Positions 35,802 to 47,097 of a DNA stretch of 64,000 nt are shown here, piece after piece (position 1 is the first letter of the stretch; every line of letters begins with the position of its first letter). This stretch comes from an uncultured Thermoplasmata archaeon (GTDB taxonomy: Archaea > Thermoplasmatota > Thermoplasmata > Lutacidiplasmatales > UBA184): assembly GCA_963804525.1 (NCBI GenBank), contig CAWDQO010000006.1, positions 154,500 through 218,499 on the forward strand, written 5' to 3'. A program made the translations under genes and the position numbers. Under the pieces are notes generated by a model, which was given only the letters and a program-made list of their open reading frames with translations, searched no databases and had not been told where the DNA came from.

Positions 35802-38800
35802 TCAGCTGCTCGGCGGCGGGCTGCCACCGTAGGTTCCGCCGTAGGTGTCCGAAGCGCCCTCAGCGCCCTCCGGGGCTCCCATCGAGCCTTCCGGGGGAGA
35901 CGACGAGTCGCCGCCACCGCCCCGGCGCCGCATCAGGACGACCGCTGCAATCGCCGCGACGAGGACGACGACCACGAGAATCCCGCCGATCAGGAGTGGG
36001 GAGATTCCGGACGCGGAGCTGTTGGTTCCCTTGACCGGGCAGCTGTCGTTGAGGTTGCACGGCGGGACGACGACGACCGACTTGTTCAGGACGAACGTCA
36101 CGGGCGCGGTGAGCTCACCGGGCCGGACGAATACCTTCGCGGACGTCGTGTTGTATCCCGTCGCGGTCACCGTGACGGTCCAGTAGACGTCTCCGAGCAA
36201 CGTGACGTTGAACGCGCCCCCCGGCGCGATCCGCTGGTCCCCCCGGCTCCGGTGCCCGTGGTGTGGCTCGCGTTGACGGCCGTCAGCACCGCGACACCGA
36301 GCGCCGTGATGGGGGTGATCGTCCCGATGAGGAACCCCAAGTTCGTCAGTTCGACCGAGATGGTCGACGTCTTGCCCGGGGTCACGGTCACGTTCTGGTA
36401 CGACGTGTTGTACCCGGACGCCGTCGCGACGACCGCCTGCTTCCCGCCGAGGGTCGACTGGTTGAACGTCGCGCCCGTGAACGTCGAGACGGGCACGCCG
36501 TCGACGGTCACCGCCAAGCCGGGGTACGTACCGGCGAGGGTCCCCCGGATCCAACCACCGACGAGGGTGATGGTGTTCGAGGTCGTCGTGCTCGGGCTGA
36601 CCGTCACGAGCTTGCTGAAGTTCGTGACACCGGTCCCCGACGCGTTGAGCCAGTAGTTGCCCCACGTCTCCGTGACGTTGTACACCCCGTCGGTCGCGTT
36701 GATGGCGACTGCGTGGTTGTTCAGGAGGAGCGTCGCGGTGACCGGGCTGATCCGTCCCGCAATCCAGCCGACCGTCTTTACGAGGTTGATCGAGACGACC
36801 GTCGTGGACCCCGAAGCGACGTCCACCATGTGGTTGAGCAGCGGCTGGTAGAGGTTCGAGGCGGAGGCGTTCAGGAAGTACGTCCGGCCGCTCGCGACCG
36901 AGTAGTTGAACGTCTCGGTCGTCGCGTTGAACCCGTGCAGACTGACGACCGCGCCATCAATCGTGAGACGGGACTGGGTCGTGTTCGGGGAGAAGAACCC
37001 CGCGATGAACGCGCCCGGCACGTACACGTACGTCACGAACAACAGGTCGCCACCGGTGTAGTTGAACGTGTCGGAGAACGCGGTGGTGTTCACCGCCCCC
37101 GAGAAGTTCGAGAACGACGAGACCGTCGTGAGGTTGTGCGGGAACCAGCCCGGCGCCGAGATCGAGTGCGTCGTCCCGATCGCCCACGCCTCCGCGCTGG
37201 GAAGCGCGAGGGTCTCGACCGCCCCATTCGTCGTGACCGTCAGGTTCACGTTCGTGATGTTCGTGTCGAAGGCGACGGGCTCGGCGAGGGTCACCATCAC
37301 CGAGGTGTTGTAGCTGTTCGTGCAGCTGGACGACCGGCAGTCCATCCAGGTCGCGTACGTCCCCGCGTTCGTCGCGGCGAGGCCGTTGTAGAACCCGATG
37401 GTAATCAGCCCCGTCGCGAGCACGCCCGACGCGCTCGTCAACTCCGAGGAGACCGACCAGGTCGACCCGGCGTTGGTCGAGTAGATCGCGTAAAGGTTGA
37501 GGTCCCCCGTCGATTCGCTCATTCCGTAGAAGCTCACCCAGATCGTCCCGTCCGGCGACACCGAGATCGCGGGCTCGAGGTAGGCCGTCGACTTGGTCGC
37601 GGCGGTGAGGATCTTCGCGCTCGACCACGTCGAGCTTCCCGAGGTCCGCTCCTCGAAGCCGATGGCGGGGTATCCCTGGTCCGAGCTGCCGACCGATTCG
37701 TTGTCACTCCAAACGAGGTAGCTGTTCCCTTCGTACGTCGAAGTGGTCGAGCCGTCGATCGCGAAGCTGGGAACCGTCGAAACGATGCTCGTAAACGGAT
37801 TGTCCGTGACGATGAACGAGTCCGGCGCCGACGACCCGACCCAGAGCATGTCGACGTTCGGGGTGGAGTCGGTCGCGGAGGGCGTACTCCAGGTCACTCC
37901 GTTGTTGGTCGAGGAGACCTCGTCCCAGTTGGTCACCCAGGCTCCGGTCGTGGAGTCCCGGGTCGCGTTCCCCCAGTCCGAGTAGACGATGTCGTCGACG
38001 CCCGGGCCGATCGCGACCCGCGGGTCGAACGAGATGTTCCCCGAGACGTTGACGGGGGTGGACCACGACATTCCGCCGTTCGCGGAGACCGAGGCCTGCA
38101 CCCGGCCGGAAATGAAGAAGTTGCAGACCCCCGCATCGAACTGGAGGTGGAACAGGTCCCACGTCGTAACCGCGACGTCGGTCGTTGTGTTGATTGCGAC
38201 GGAGGGGTCCAGGGGGACGTTGTCAAAGTAGTAGCCGGACGCGTAGCCGACCGCCTGGCAGGTACTCGACATCGTCAGGTAATCGACGTACGTCTGCTGC
38301 TCGACGACCGTCGTGTTGACCCAACTCGCTCCGCCATCGATCGAGCGGGCGACGGAGATTCCGGCCGGAGCCTCAATCCCCGGGGCGCTCGTGCAGTTCC
38401 CGCCAAAGGCGACGCACTGGGGCAGGAACTCGTCCCCGAGGAGGACCGTGCCGTCGTTCGCGGCCGCGAGAGTCACCGAGGCGAACGGCGGGGGGCCGTT
38501 GGTGACCGGGTAGTAGAAGCCCTGGAGCGAGCCGTTCGTCGGGCTCGACGGGTTGAGCCAGCTCGAGTTCTGCGGGAGCCAGTTCGGAGTCCACGTCTGG
38601 CCGCCGTCGGTCGACCGCTCGGTCTCGACGAAGCCGTGCTGGTAGAGTTGCGGGGAGATCGACGAGGACGAGCAGAACGACCCTCCGGAGCCGCTGTAGA
38701 GGAGGTAGTCCGAACTCAGACCTGCGAGAAGCGTCTGGTTTGTCCCGTTGATCGCCGTCAGTGCGGAAGTGGTCGAGCACGGGGCGTTCAGGTACGTGTT

Positions 38801-39202
38801 GCCCGCCAGCGCTTGCGGCAGGGGGGTGGCGCCGAGGCCATCGAGCGAGTGCGATTGCTCCGTGGCAAGTCGGGCGCTAATCGGTTCGTTGAGGGTCGCC
38901 ATCGAAATGGCCGGGTTGGCGCGGAGCTCCTGGACGATCGCTGGGAGGGAGTTCGCCGGGCTCGTCGGGGCCGGCGACGCTCCCGGGACCGTGAGGTTCG
39001 CCGGGGCGGCGGAGCTCGGCATCGGCAGCGAGCCCGCGAGGGCGGGCAGCGGAAGCGCCATGAGCACGGCGACGGCGACCGCCAGGAAGGCGGCCGCGCG
39101 GATCGTCCGGAAAGGTCGGGTGGTCGTTCGGGTCGAAGCGCTCGCGCCGTCGGTCATGGGGGTTGCGGTCATCGTTGATTCTCCATATTTGACTCTTGTC
39201 AT
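35802..39202 (-). CDS. large surface protein with Asp-box (BNR) beta-propeller region and C-terminal beta-sandwich repeats, TM anchor; frame broken in this assembly
   Basis: Five SxDxGxTW-type Asp boxes (STDGGQTW, SIDGGASW, SANGGMSW, STNNGVTW, STNAGSTW). The signal is FLAVAVAVLMALPLPALAG. ORF 36167..39202 continues in ORF 35802..36665 (..GAFNVTLLGDVYWTVTVTATGYN...TM LLIGGILVVVVLVAAIAAVVL plus a Gly/Ser/Pro tail). The break is at a C6 run (36239-36244). One added base gives 3402 nt, or 1133 aa. Confidence 0.8.
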
Positions 39203-42200
39203 GCCTCGCCTTCCGGGGGAAGCGCTGGCATCGTGTACTCGGCGTTGTCCGGGGTGCCCGGCTCGGCCCCTTCGGTCGGTGCCGCCTCCGGCGCTGCGTC
39301 CGCCGCGGGGGACGCCGGCGCCAGAGCGCGAAGCCGACGAGGGCGACGACCGCGAGCGCGGCGACCCCGAGGATGAGGAGGTCCGAGGTCGGGATCCCCG
39401 CCGAGCCCGACGCGGCGGTCACGACGACGATCGACTGGCTCTCTGTCGCCGTCCGGTTGTACGGGTCGGTGACGGTCACCGTCACGACGTACGTTCCGGG
39501 GGACGAGTAGGTGTGTTCGGTGAAGTTCGCAGGGGTCGTGAGCGCCGAGCCATCGCCGAACTTCCACGTGTAGCTGTAGGTGTACGGCGGTACAAGCACG
39601 GCGACCGCGGCCGACAGGAGGACGCTTTCGCCCGCGAGCGAGCCGGTCGGGACCTGGAGGGTGAGGACCGGGGGAACCGGTTCGTAGACCGCGGTCAGCG
39701 TGCCGTTGCCCCCGACAGTGAGGTTCGTGCCGGTGATGTTCAGCCCACCGGTCGTGTTCAGGGCGGTGAGGACGTCCCCGAGGCACGGCGCGGGGTGGGT
39801 CGCGTAGACGCCGTATGTGAGGTTCAACGACGAGCCGTTCGTCTCGGAGACCCCGGCGAGGTAGAGCGACCCGCACGCGGCCGGAGTGATGAGGACGGTG
39901 ACGTTGTAGGCGGTCGGCGTGAAGATCGCCGTCACAATCGCGTCGGAGGAGAGATAGACCGACCCGTTCACGATGATCGCGCCGACGGTCGCGCTCCACG
40001 ACTGGAACGAGTAGTGGGCGCACGGGAGGGGAGCGATCGTGTACCCGTAGTCCTCGGTGAGTTCGGTCGTGGCGTTGCTCGTGTACGATTGACCGGCGAG
40101 CTCGACCGAGCCGCACCCGGTCGGGCTCGTCTCGACCCCGACGCTCGCGAGCGGCCGGAACACCGCCTCGACCGACCCGCTCGAGTTCACGTAGGCGACC
40201 CCGTTCGCGACGACGACCCCGCCGGTCCACTCCCACCGGACGAACCCGTTCCCCGCGCAGGGGGTCGCGGAGATGGGACCGGAAGTGTTCGCGGGGACGT
40301 TCGTGTAGTTGGTATCGTACCACCGGAGCCCGAGGTACGAGATCGACCCGCAGGTGCCGGGGTCGGTCTGGAACTCGAGGAACGACGACGGGGCGCTTCC
40401 GGTGAGCCAGACCCCGAACAGCGTCCCGGAGTCGTTGACGGTGAGCACGCTGCCGAACAGGTCCATCCCCATCGTGGGGGTCAGGCCGAACTCGTAGTGG
40501 CCCGAGCAGGAGTTCTGGGAGACGACGTGGGTCGTGTTGTTCTGGACGACGAGGACCGTGCCGTTGTGTTCGAGGGCGCCGTCGAACTCGACCGTGCAGT
40601 ACGAGGGGCTCGTCACGATCGTCACCTCGGTCAGGACGTAGTTCTGCTCGAGGATCGAGCCCCCCGCCGTGACGGTCAATTGGTCGCCCGCGAGCGAAGC
40701 GCCCCCGGACGTCAGGAAGTCCCGGAACCCGTAGTGGGCGCACGGGTCGGAGGCGACCGGGTACGCCGTCGAGTTGACGAAGAGGCTCGTCCCATCGGTG
40801 TAGCCGACCCCGCGGTAGAGGATGGCGCCGCACGCCGCGGGGGCCGTATCGAACGTGAGGGACGCGCCGGCGCTCGACGTGATGTAGTTCGCCGTCAGCG
40901 TTCCGTTGCCCCCGGCGATCAACGTGTCGCCGACGAGCGTGAGGTTCCCGTCGAGGGTCCAACCGGCGAAGCTCTCCGAAGAACACCCGGTCAGGTTCGC
41001 CACCGACGCCGGGATTCTGTACCCGGAGGCTGACCGCCTGGCCGGCGTTGTAGACGACCCCGTCCACCTCGACCGAGCCGCAGCCGGTCGGGGCGGTCGT
41101 GAAGTTCACGACCACGAGGGGGCGGACGTACGTCCAGTTCGCGGTCACGTTGCCGGTCCGACTCACCGAGAGGTTTCCCGCCGTCCCGTTGGAAGCGATG
41201 ACCTGGAGGCCCGGGGAGGTCGTGTAGTGCGAGAACACGAACGGGTAGCACGAGGACGAGGAGATCGGGTAGAGCCCTGGGGGCAGGGTCACCGTCGAAC
41301 CGTTCGTGTAGAGCGTCCCGTTGAGCGTCACGTTCGTGCAGAACGCGGGGATCGTGAAGGCGGTGACCTGGAAGAGCGGCAGCGCTCCCCGGAAGACCGT
41401 GTACGGTTGGCTCGTGACGTGGATGCCGGCGTCGTTCGTGACGACGACGGTGTAGTTGATCCGCCCGTTCACCCCGGACGGGATCGTGGCGTTGTAGACG
41501 CCCCGCTGGCTCGTGCCCGAGACCCGCGACATCGCGAGGGTGGTCACGGCGCCGCCGTTGAGGGTGTAGTTGAGTTGGACGCCCGCGACCGACCCGAGGT
41601 CGGAGACGTGGGCCGAGACGTTCAGGCCGAGCGTCGGGCGCAGATAGCCGGCCCGGCTGTTGTTGTCGACCTTGTCGATGAACGTCGGCACGAAATCGTG
41701 CTGGAACGGACCGTTCTGGATGTACTCGGTGTAGAAGCCCCCGAAATCGTCGAGCGTGTACGGCCCGTCGTCCCCGAAGTTGAGCTGGGAACCGTTCCAG
41801 GAGAACCACGGGTAGAACCCGGTTCCGCCACCCGAGTTGTAGTTCGGACAGTTGGCGACCGGGACCACCGCCGACGAGCTGCACTCCGCGCTGGCGGAGA
41901 CCGGAGCGAAGGTACCTGGTAGTCCCCCGAATACCCCGCCGATGCGTTGACCCAGTACTCCGGGATCCCGAAGCCGACCGACGGGCTCCCGTCCCAGACG
42001 GTCTGGTTGTACGAATTGCACGCCGCGACCAGCACACCGAACGGGCAGATATCCCACCCGAGGCCGAGGCCGACCGGAATCGTCCAATTGAGGAAGCACA
42101 CGTCCGGGCACGACGAGTTGTAGTACGGATGGAACGAGAACGAGCCGGTGTTCGCCGCGCTCAGCTGGAAGCTGATGTTGTTCGCCGGCAGCGGGTCGGT

Positions 42201-42938
42201 CGAGTCGTTCGCCCAGACCCAGAGGCCGGTCGTCTCGTCGATGCCGCCGTCGAACGTGACGTTGTACCAAGTGTTCCCGGCGATCCCGGAGGGGCCGGCG
42301 AATCCCGAACCGTTCCCGATCTCGTCGCCGACGCACCAGAAGCTGTTGTTCCAGACGAGGGTCATGTTGGAGACCGCGCTGCTCCCGCAGGCGGTCGCCG
42401 AGGCAGATTCGTTCCGCAGCGACCACACCTGGAGCGAGAGCGACCAGTACACGGTCGAGTTCACCCCGGTATCGTTCGGCTGGAACGTCAGCTGAGCGTA
42501 CGACTGGCGGAACGCGCTCGCGGGGTCGCCCCCGACGACCATCCCGACGAAGAAATCGTTGTAGGCGTACGGCTGGCCGGGCGACCCGCCCGTCGGCAGG
42601 TAGACCGGCTCGGTGAACCGCTCCCCGGAGCCCGGCGCGCTCGAGGAGAAGATCCCGTGGACGGTGTCCTGGGCGATCGGTCCCGGGCACGTCTGGTACG
42701 CCTGGATCGGGCTGGGGGGGAGGTAGTTGCCGTCGAGTCCGTATCCGAGCGGCGGGTTGGGGCACCCGAACGCCGGACGGGGCGCCGCCGGAGCAGCCGC
42801 CGCGTGGGCGGGGGAAGTTTGGGGCGCCGTCGCATTGACCGTCCCGACGCCCGCCCACCCGGTCGGGATCGCGAGCACGGCGAGGATCGCCACGATGCCG
42901 AGCGCGGTGGCCCAGTGGCGGGTCCGTCGAGCGTTCAC
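39199..42938 (-). CDS. large surface protein: novel N-domain, about 7 Cys-containing InlB-B-repeat-like modules, PKD domain, TM anchor; three frame breaks in this assembly
   Basis: GTG 42938 (MNARRTRHWATALGIVAILAVLAIP). The path runs ORF 41622..42938, then the frame of 39199..42858 (break near 41912-41928), then ORF 38877..41003 (break at GTACC 41019-41023), then the tail ...SPAADAAPEAAPTEGAEPGTPDNAEYTMPALPPEGEA (break about 39311-39322). Repeated modules include TAPTGCGSVEVDG / TSPTGCGSVELAG / ITPAACGSLYLAG, each followed by PC..Y.F..W. PKD signature YTWKFGDGSALTTPANFTEHTY. The corrected length is 3741 nt, or 1246 aa. Confidence 0.75.
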
Positions 42939-42989
42939 GGGGTTCCCTTCGAATAGGGGACGGCTACAAATGCCTTGGCCAGCCGGTTC

Positions 42990-43331
42990 TCACGACCGCC
43001 GGTCGGGGGAGCTCGGCGCGTCGCCCGGTCGGTAGATCTCGAAGCTCGGCACGCCGGCCACCGAGCCGTCGCCGCCCTCCTGTGGTGGGGCGGGTTTCCT
43101 CGGCCTGTCGGTCCCCTCCCGGAGGTCGTAGGCGAACCCGAGCCCGAGCGCGGCGAGGCACCCGCCGCCGATGGCGACGACGACCGGCAGCCAGGCGTGG
43201 TACGGGATCGATTTCGACCCGGGGAGGTACGGGAACCCGACCCCGATGACGAAGACGAGGAGCCCGAGGAGTCCGATCCCGGCCCACGTCGAGGCGTCGA
43301 GCCGGTCGCGGACCCCGTCGACATCAACCAA
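42990..43331 (-). CDS. small 2-TM membrane protein
   Basis: TTG 43331, 113 aa. TWAGIGLLGLLVFVIGVGFPYL and AWLPVVVAIGGGCLAALGLGFAY are hydrophobic helices. It lies between the AAA ATPase and the next surface-protein gene. Confidence 0.5.
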   Translation of the reverse strand: MVDVDGVRDRLDASTWAGIGLLGLLVFVIGVGFPYLPGSKSIPYHAWLPVVVAIGGGCLAALGLGFAYDLREGTDRPRKPAPPQEGGDGSVAGVPSFEIYRPGDAPSSPDRRS

Positions 43332-43419
43332 GGGGGCCTCCGGTGAGCGCGGGCGGACGTCGGCGACGGGGGCGGGGCGCGACCGGCGAATGCCATCGTC
43401 CGTCCCGCTCCCCCCTCGA

Positions 43420-46400
43420 CTACCCGCGCGTTCCGTACCGACCGGATGAAGTCCTGCGCCCAGGCGAGGGTCTCGGGCGTGATCGACGAGTGGGTCTTCT
43501 CGACCGCCTCGAGGAGGTTCTCCATGCGGACGCCGACGACCTTGCTGACCGGCTCGATCTTCGCTCCGGGGGTTCCGGCCGCGACACCCGCGTGGCCCGT
43601 GGTCGTCCCGGCCTGGAACAGGCCGAACCCGCCGCCCCGGTCCGAGGCGTCCTTCGTCTCGGTGACGAGCTGTTCGCGGAGCGCGATCAGCTTTGCCTCG
43701 TCGACAACGCTCGCGATGTCGGCGCCGGAGAACCCGTCGGAGAGCTTGGCGAGCTGGCCGAAATCGACGTTCCCATCGACCGGGACCCCCTTCAGGTGGA
43801 TCCGGAAGATGTCGGTCCGCGCCGAGATGTCCGGGGGCGGCACGTAGAAGATCTTGTCGAACCGCCCGGGCCGGAGCAGGGCCGGGTCGAGGGTCTGGGG
43901 CCGGTTCGTCGTCGCGATGATGATGACCTTGTCCTTCGGGCGCAGGCCGTCCATCTCCGTGAGGAACTGGCTGACGGCGCGCGACACCTCGGGGGTCTTC
44001 ATCGAATCCTTGCTCGCGAGCGCATCGATCTCGTCGAAGAAGACGATCGACGGCGCATTCTCCCGGGCCCGATAGAGGACGTCCCGGACCGCGGCTTCCG
44101 ATTGGCCCGCGAGGGCGCTGACGAGCTCGGGTCCGTTGACGATCTGCATCGGGACGTTGAGCTCGTTCGCGGCGGCCCGCATGACGTGGGTCTTTCCGCA
44201 GCCCGGTGGGCCGAACAGGAGGATCCCCCGGCCGGTCTTGATCTTGTAGCTCTCCATCAGCTCGGGGCGGGTGAGCGGGAGCTCCACGTACTCGCGGATC
44301 GCTTGCTTGATGTCGACGAGGCCCCCGACATCGTCCCAGCGGACGATGATCTTCCGCTCCATCCGCTGGACCTGGTGCATCTTCCGCTCGTAGTCGAGCT
44401 TCATGACCTCGTAGTCCGAGATCATCCGCAGGCTGATCGACGGCTTGATCCTCGGGAGGACCTGCCGGAAGTCGTCCATCGCGATCGGGCTCCGCACGCC
44501 GGTCATCATCTCACGCCGGACCGCGATCGTGGCGGCTTCCCGGACGAGGTTCGCAAGGTCGGCGCCGCTGTACCGCTCGGTCTTCTTCGCGATCTCCGAG
44601 AGGTCGATGTCCTGCGCGACCGGGCGTCCGACGAGGTGGACGTGGACGATCTCCATCCGCTCGTTGAAGTCGGGCGGCGGGACGTAGATGATCTTGTCGA
44701 GGCGGCCCGGCCGCATGAGCGCCGGGTCGATCAGGTCCGGCTTGTTCGTCGACCCGACGACGATGACGCCGGCCGACTTGTCGATCCCGTCCATCTCGGA
44801 GAGAAGGATCGAGAGGAGCCGGGGGGTGACGTCGTCCGCCGTGTACATGTCGCGGCGCTTCGCCACCGAGTCGATCTCATCCATGAATAGGATGCACGGC
44901 GCCCGCTCGCGGGCCGTCCGGAGGAGCTCCGCGACGCGGTTCTCCGACTCTCCGTACCACTTGCTCATCAGGTCCGAGCATTTGATCGAGATCATCTCGA
45001 CTCCGAGCTCGCTCGCGAGCGCCTTCATCAGCATCGTCTTCCCGCAGCCGGGGGGGCCGAACAGTAGGATCCCCTTCGGCGGCTCGAGCTTGAAGCGGGT
45101 CGTGACGTCCTTCCGCATCAGCGGGATGATCATCGATTCCTTGATGTCGGCCTTCACGTCGTGAAGTCCGCCCACCATCTCGAACGTGGTCTTGGTGAGC
45201 CCCTTCATCTCGGCGACCCGGGTTCCGACGTTCGTCCCGCCGAGCGGCTCGTGAAGTACGCCTCGAACGCGTCGCGGATGACGAGCGACCCCGCGGTCGC
45301 CGTGATCATCGCCGGCACGAACAGGAGGACGACCACGTCCCACCACCCGAGGTAATTGAACGCCCAGAACGCGCCGAACGTGACGCCCGCGAGGACACCG
45401 CCGCTCACGACCGAGTACCTGGAGCAGCCGCTCGGGGGTCTGCCCCTCGCGCTCCTTCATCGCCCAGGTGACGAGCCAGGCGGCGAAGCACCAGGCGCCG
45501 ATCTCCACGATCGGGATCGCGATCAGCCCGAGGCCGCTCCCCCCGAGGGAGAGGACCTGCGGGTTCGGCGTGAGCATGTTGGTGTAGGCGGCCCCGATCG
45601 CGTTCAGGGTGAAGTACGGAAACGGCAACGTCGGTTGCAACGCGGCCGCATGGCCCGCGATCAGGCTGGGTGTACCGTTCGCCCCCGGACCGGCCAGGTA
45701 GCCGAGGATCGGCAGGTTGCCGAGCGTGACGAACAGGGCGACAAGGAGCCCTCCCGCGACCGCGACCGCGAGGCCGATGTACAGCGAGAAGATCATCGCG
45801 AGGAACACCGGAACCACGAACGAGAGACCGAGCGGGGCCAGGAACAGCGTCAGGAACGTTCCGATCCCGAATCTCCAATCGATCAGCGACGCGAACAGGA
45901 CCGGGATCGCCGCGAACAGGAAGATCAGACCGAGCGTGCCCGACTGGTACCCGACCTCCGGGGCGACGAGCAGCACGAGAACGAGCAACGACAATTGCGG
46001 GAATCGCCAGGCGAGGAATCCCACCCCCGCAGCGATGAACAGGACGATCGGCCACGGATAGAACGGCAAGAAGAAGCCGCCCAGAAGCGCGGTGATCGCC
46101 ATCAGGATCGCCGTGAGGTGCTTCGGGTCCTTCGTCTGTCGGACGAACCACCGCTCGATCTTCGCCGCGGCGAACAGCGCGGCGGCGATGCAGGCGAGGC
46201 CGACCGCGAGGAGGAAGATGAACAGGTCGTCGTAGAGGATCGCCGGCCGACCGTACTGGATGTATTGCTGGCCGATCGCCACCGACTGCGCGCCGCCCAG
46301 CCCGTGCTGGATGGCGTTCGTGGTCGCGTCCGCGGCGGCATCGAGGGTGAGGTAGCCGTTCGTACCGAACGGTCCGCCGGGCAATTGCTCGCGGACGATG

Positions 46401-47077
46401 GTGAACGTCAGGATGACGGGGGTCCCGGCCGAGACCCAGTTGACGTTCCCGGAGAACGTCGCGAAGAGGTTGTCCGCGAGCGATGTCTCCGAGCTCCGCT
46501 GGCCCGACGGGAGGTTCGCGATCGAGGCGAACGCGAGCGTCGAGGTGTCGGTGGTCGAGTTGAACGAGATCGAGCGGACGTTGTCCATGAGCACGACCGT
46601 CTGCCCCGCGGAGAGCCCGCTCGCGGTCAGTTCGACGTAGTTGACCGCCTTGTTGCTCGACTGGACGGCGTGGGCGTTCTGGAGGAACTGGCTCGCGGTC
46701 TCGGCATGGACCACGTCCGGATAGAACCCGACGAGGAGGCCGGCGCCGACCCCCGCGAGGATGATCCCGACGATGAGCAGCACGAGCATCGTGCGCCGAC
46801 CGGTCTTCCGGGGCGGGGCACGGGGAGGCGCCTTCGCCGGAGCCTTCGGAGGGGCCCGGATCGCGGGTGCGCCGGTCTTGGTCGCCGGGCGGATCGCCGT
46901 CTGGCTCGCCGCGGGCGCTGCCTTCGGGTTGGCCGCCGCGGCGGGGCGGGGCGTGGTCGCCACCGGGCTCGGGGCCGTGCCGACCGGTGCGGTCGCCGGA
47001 CTCGGCGCCGTCCCGCTCGGGGAGGTCGCCGGAGACGAGTTCGGCGTACTGGTGACCTTGGTGCTGGGTGTTCCCAT
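43420..47077 (-). CDS. polytopic-membrane tandem AAA+ ATPase (Cdc48/VAT-like D1-D2 fused to an approximately 10-TM N-terminal domain); three frame breaks in this assembly
   Basis: ATG 47077, preceded by GGAGAGAGAG. The order is about 95 aa of Pro/Ala/Thr-rich region, TM1 (MLVLLIVGIILAGVGAGLLVGF), a 190-aa loop domain, about 10 TM, then two AAA modules (GPPGCGKT twice; Walker B ILFMDEID and IVFFDEID; second-region-of-homology arginines). There is a compensating frame excursion between GTACC 45415-45419 and about 45240-45258 (alternative frame = ORF 45205..45408, TM-like GVLAGVTFGAFWAFNYLGWWDVVVLLFVPAMI). Removing one base at GTACC 43435-43439 ends the protein at TAG 43420-43422 (..AQDFIRSYGTRG). 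Otherwise it reads 160 aa of R/S/G/P-rich sequence across the next gene. The corrected length is 3657 nt, or 1218 aa. Confidence 0.8.
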
Positions 47078-47097
47078 CTCTCTCTCCGTATCGGCGG

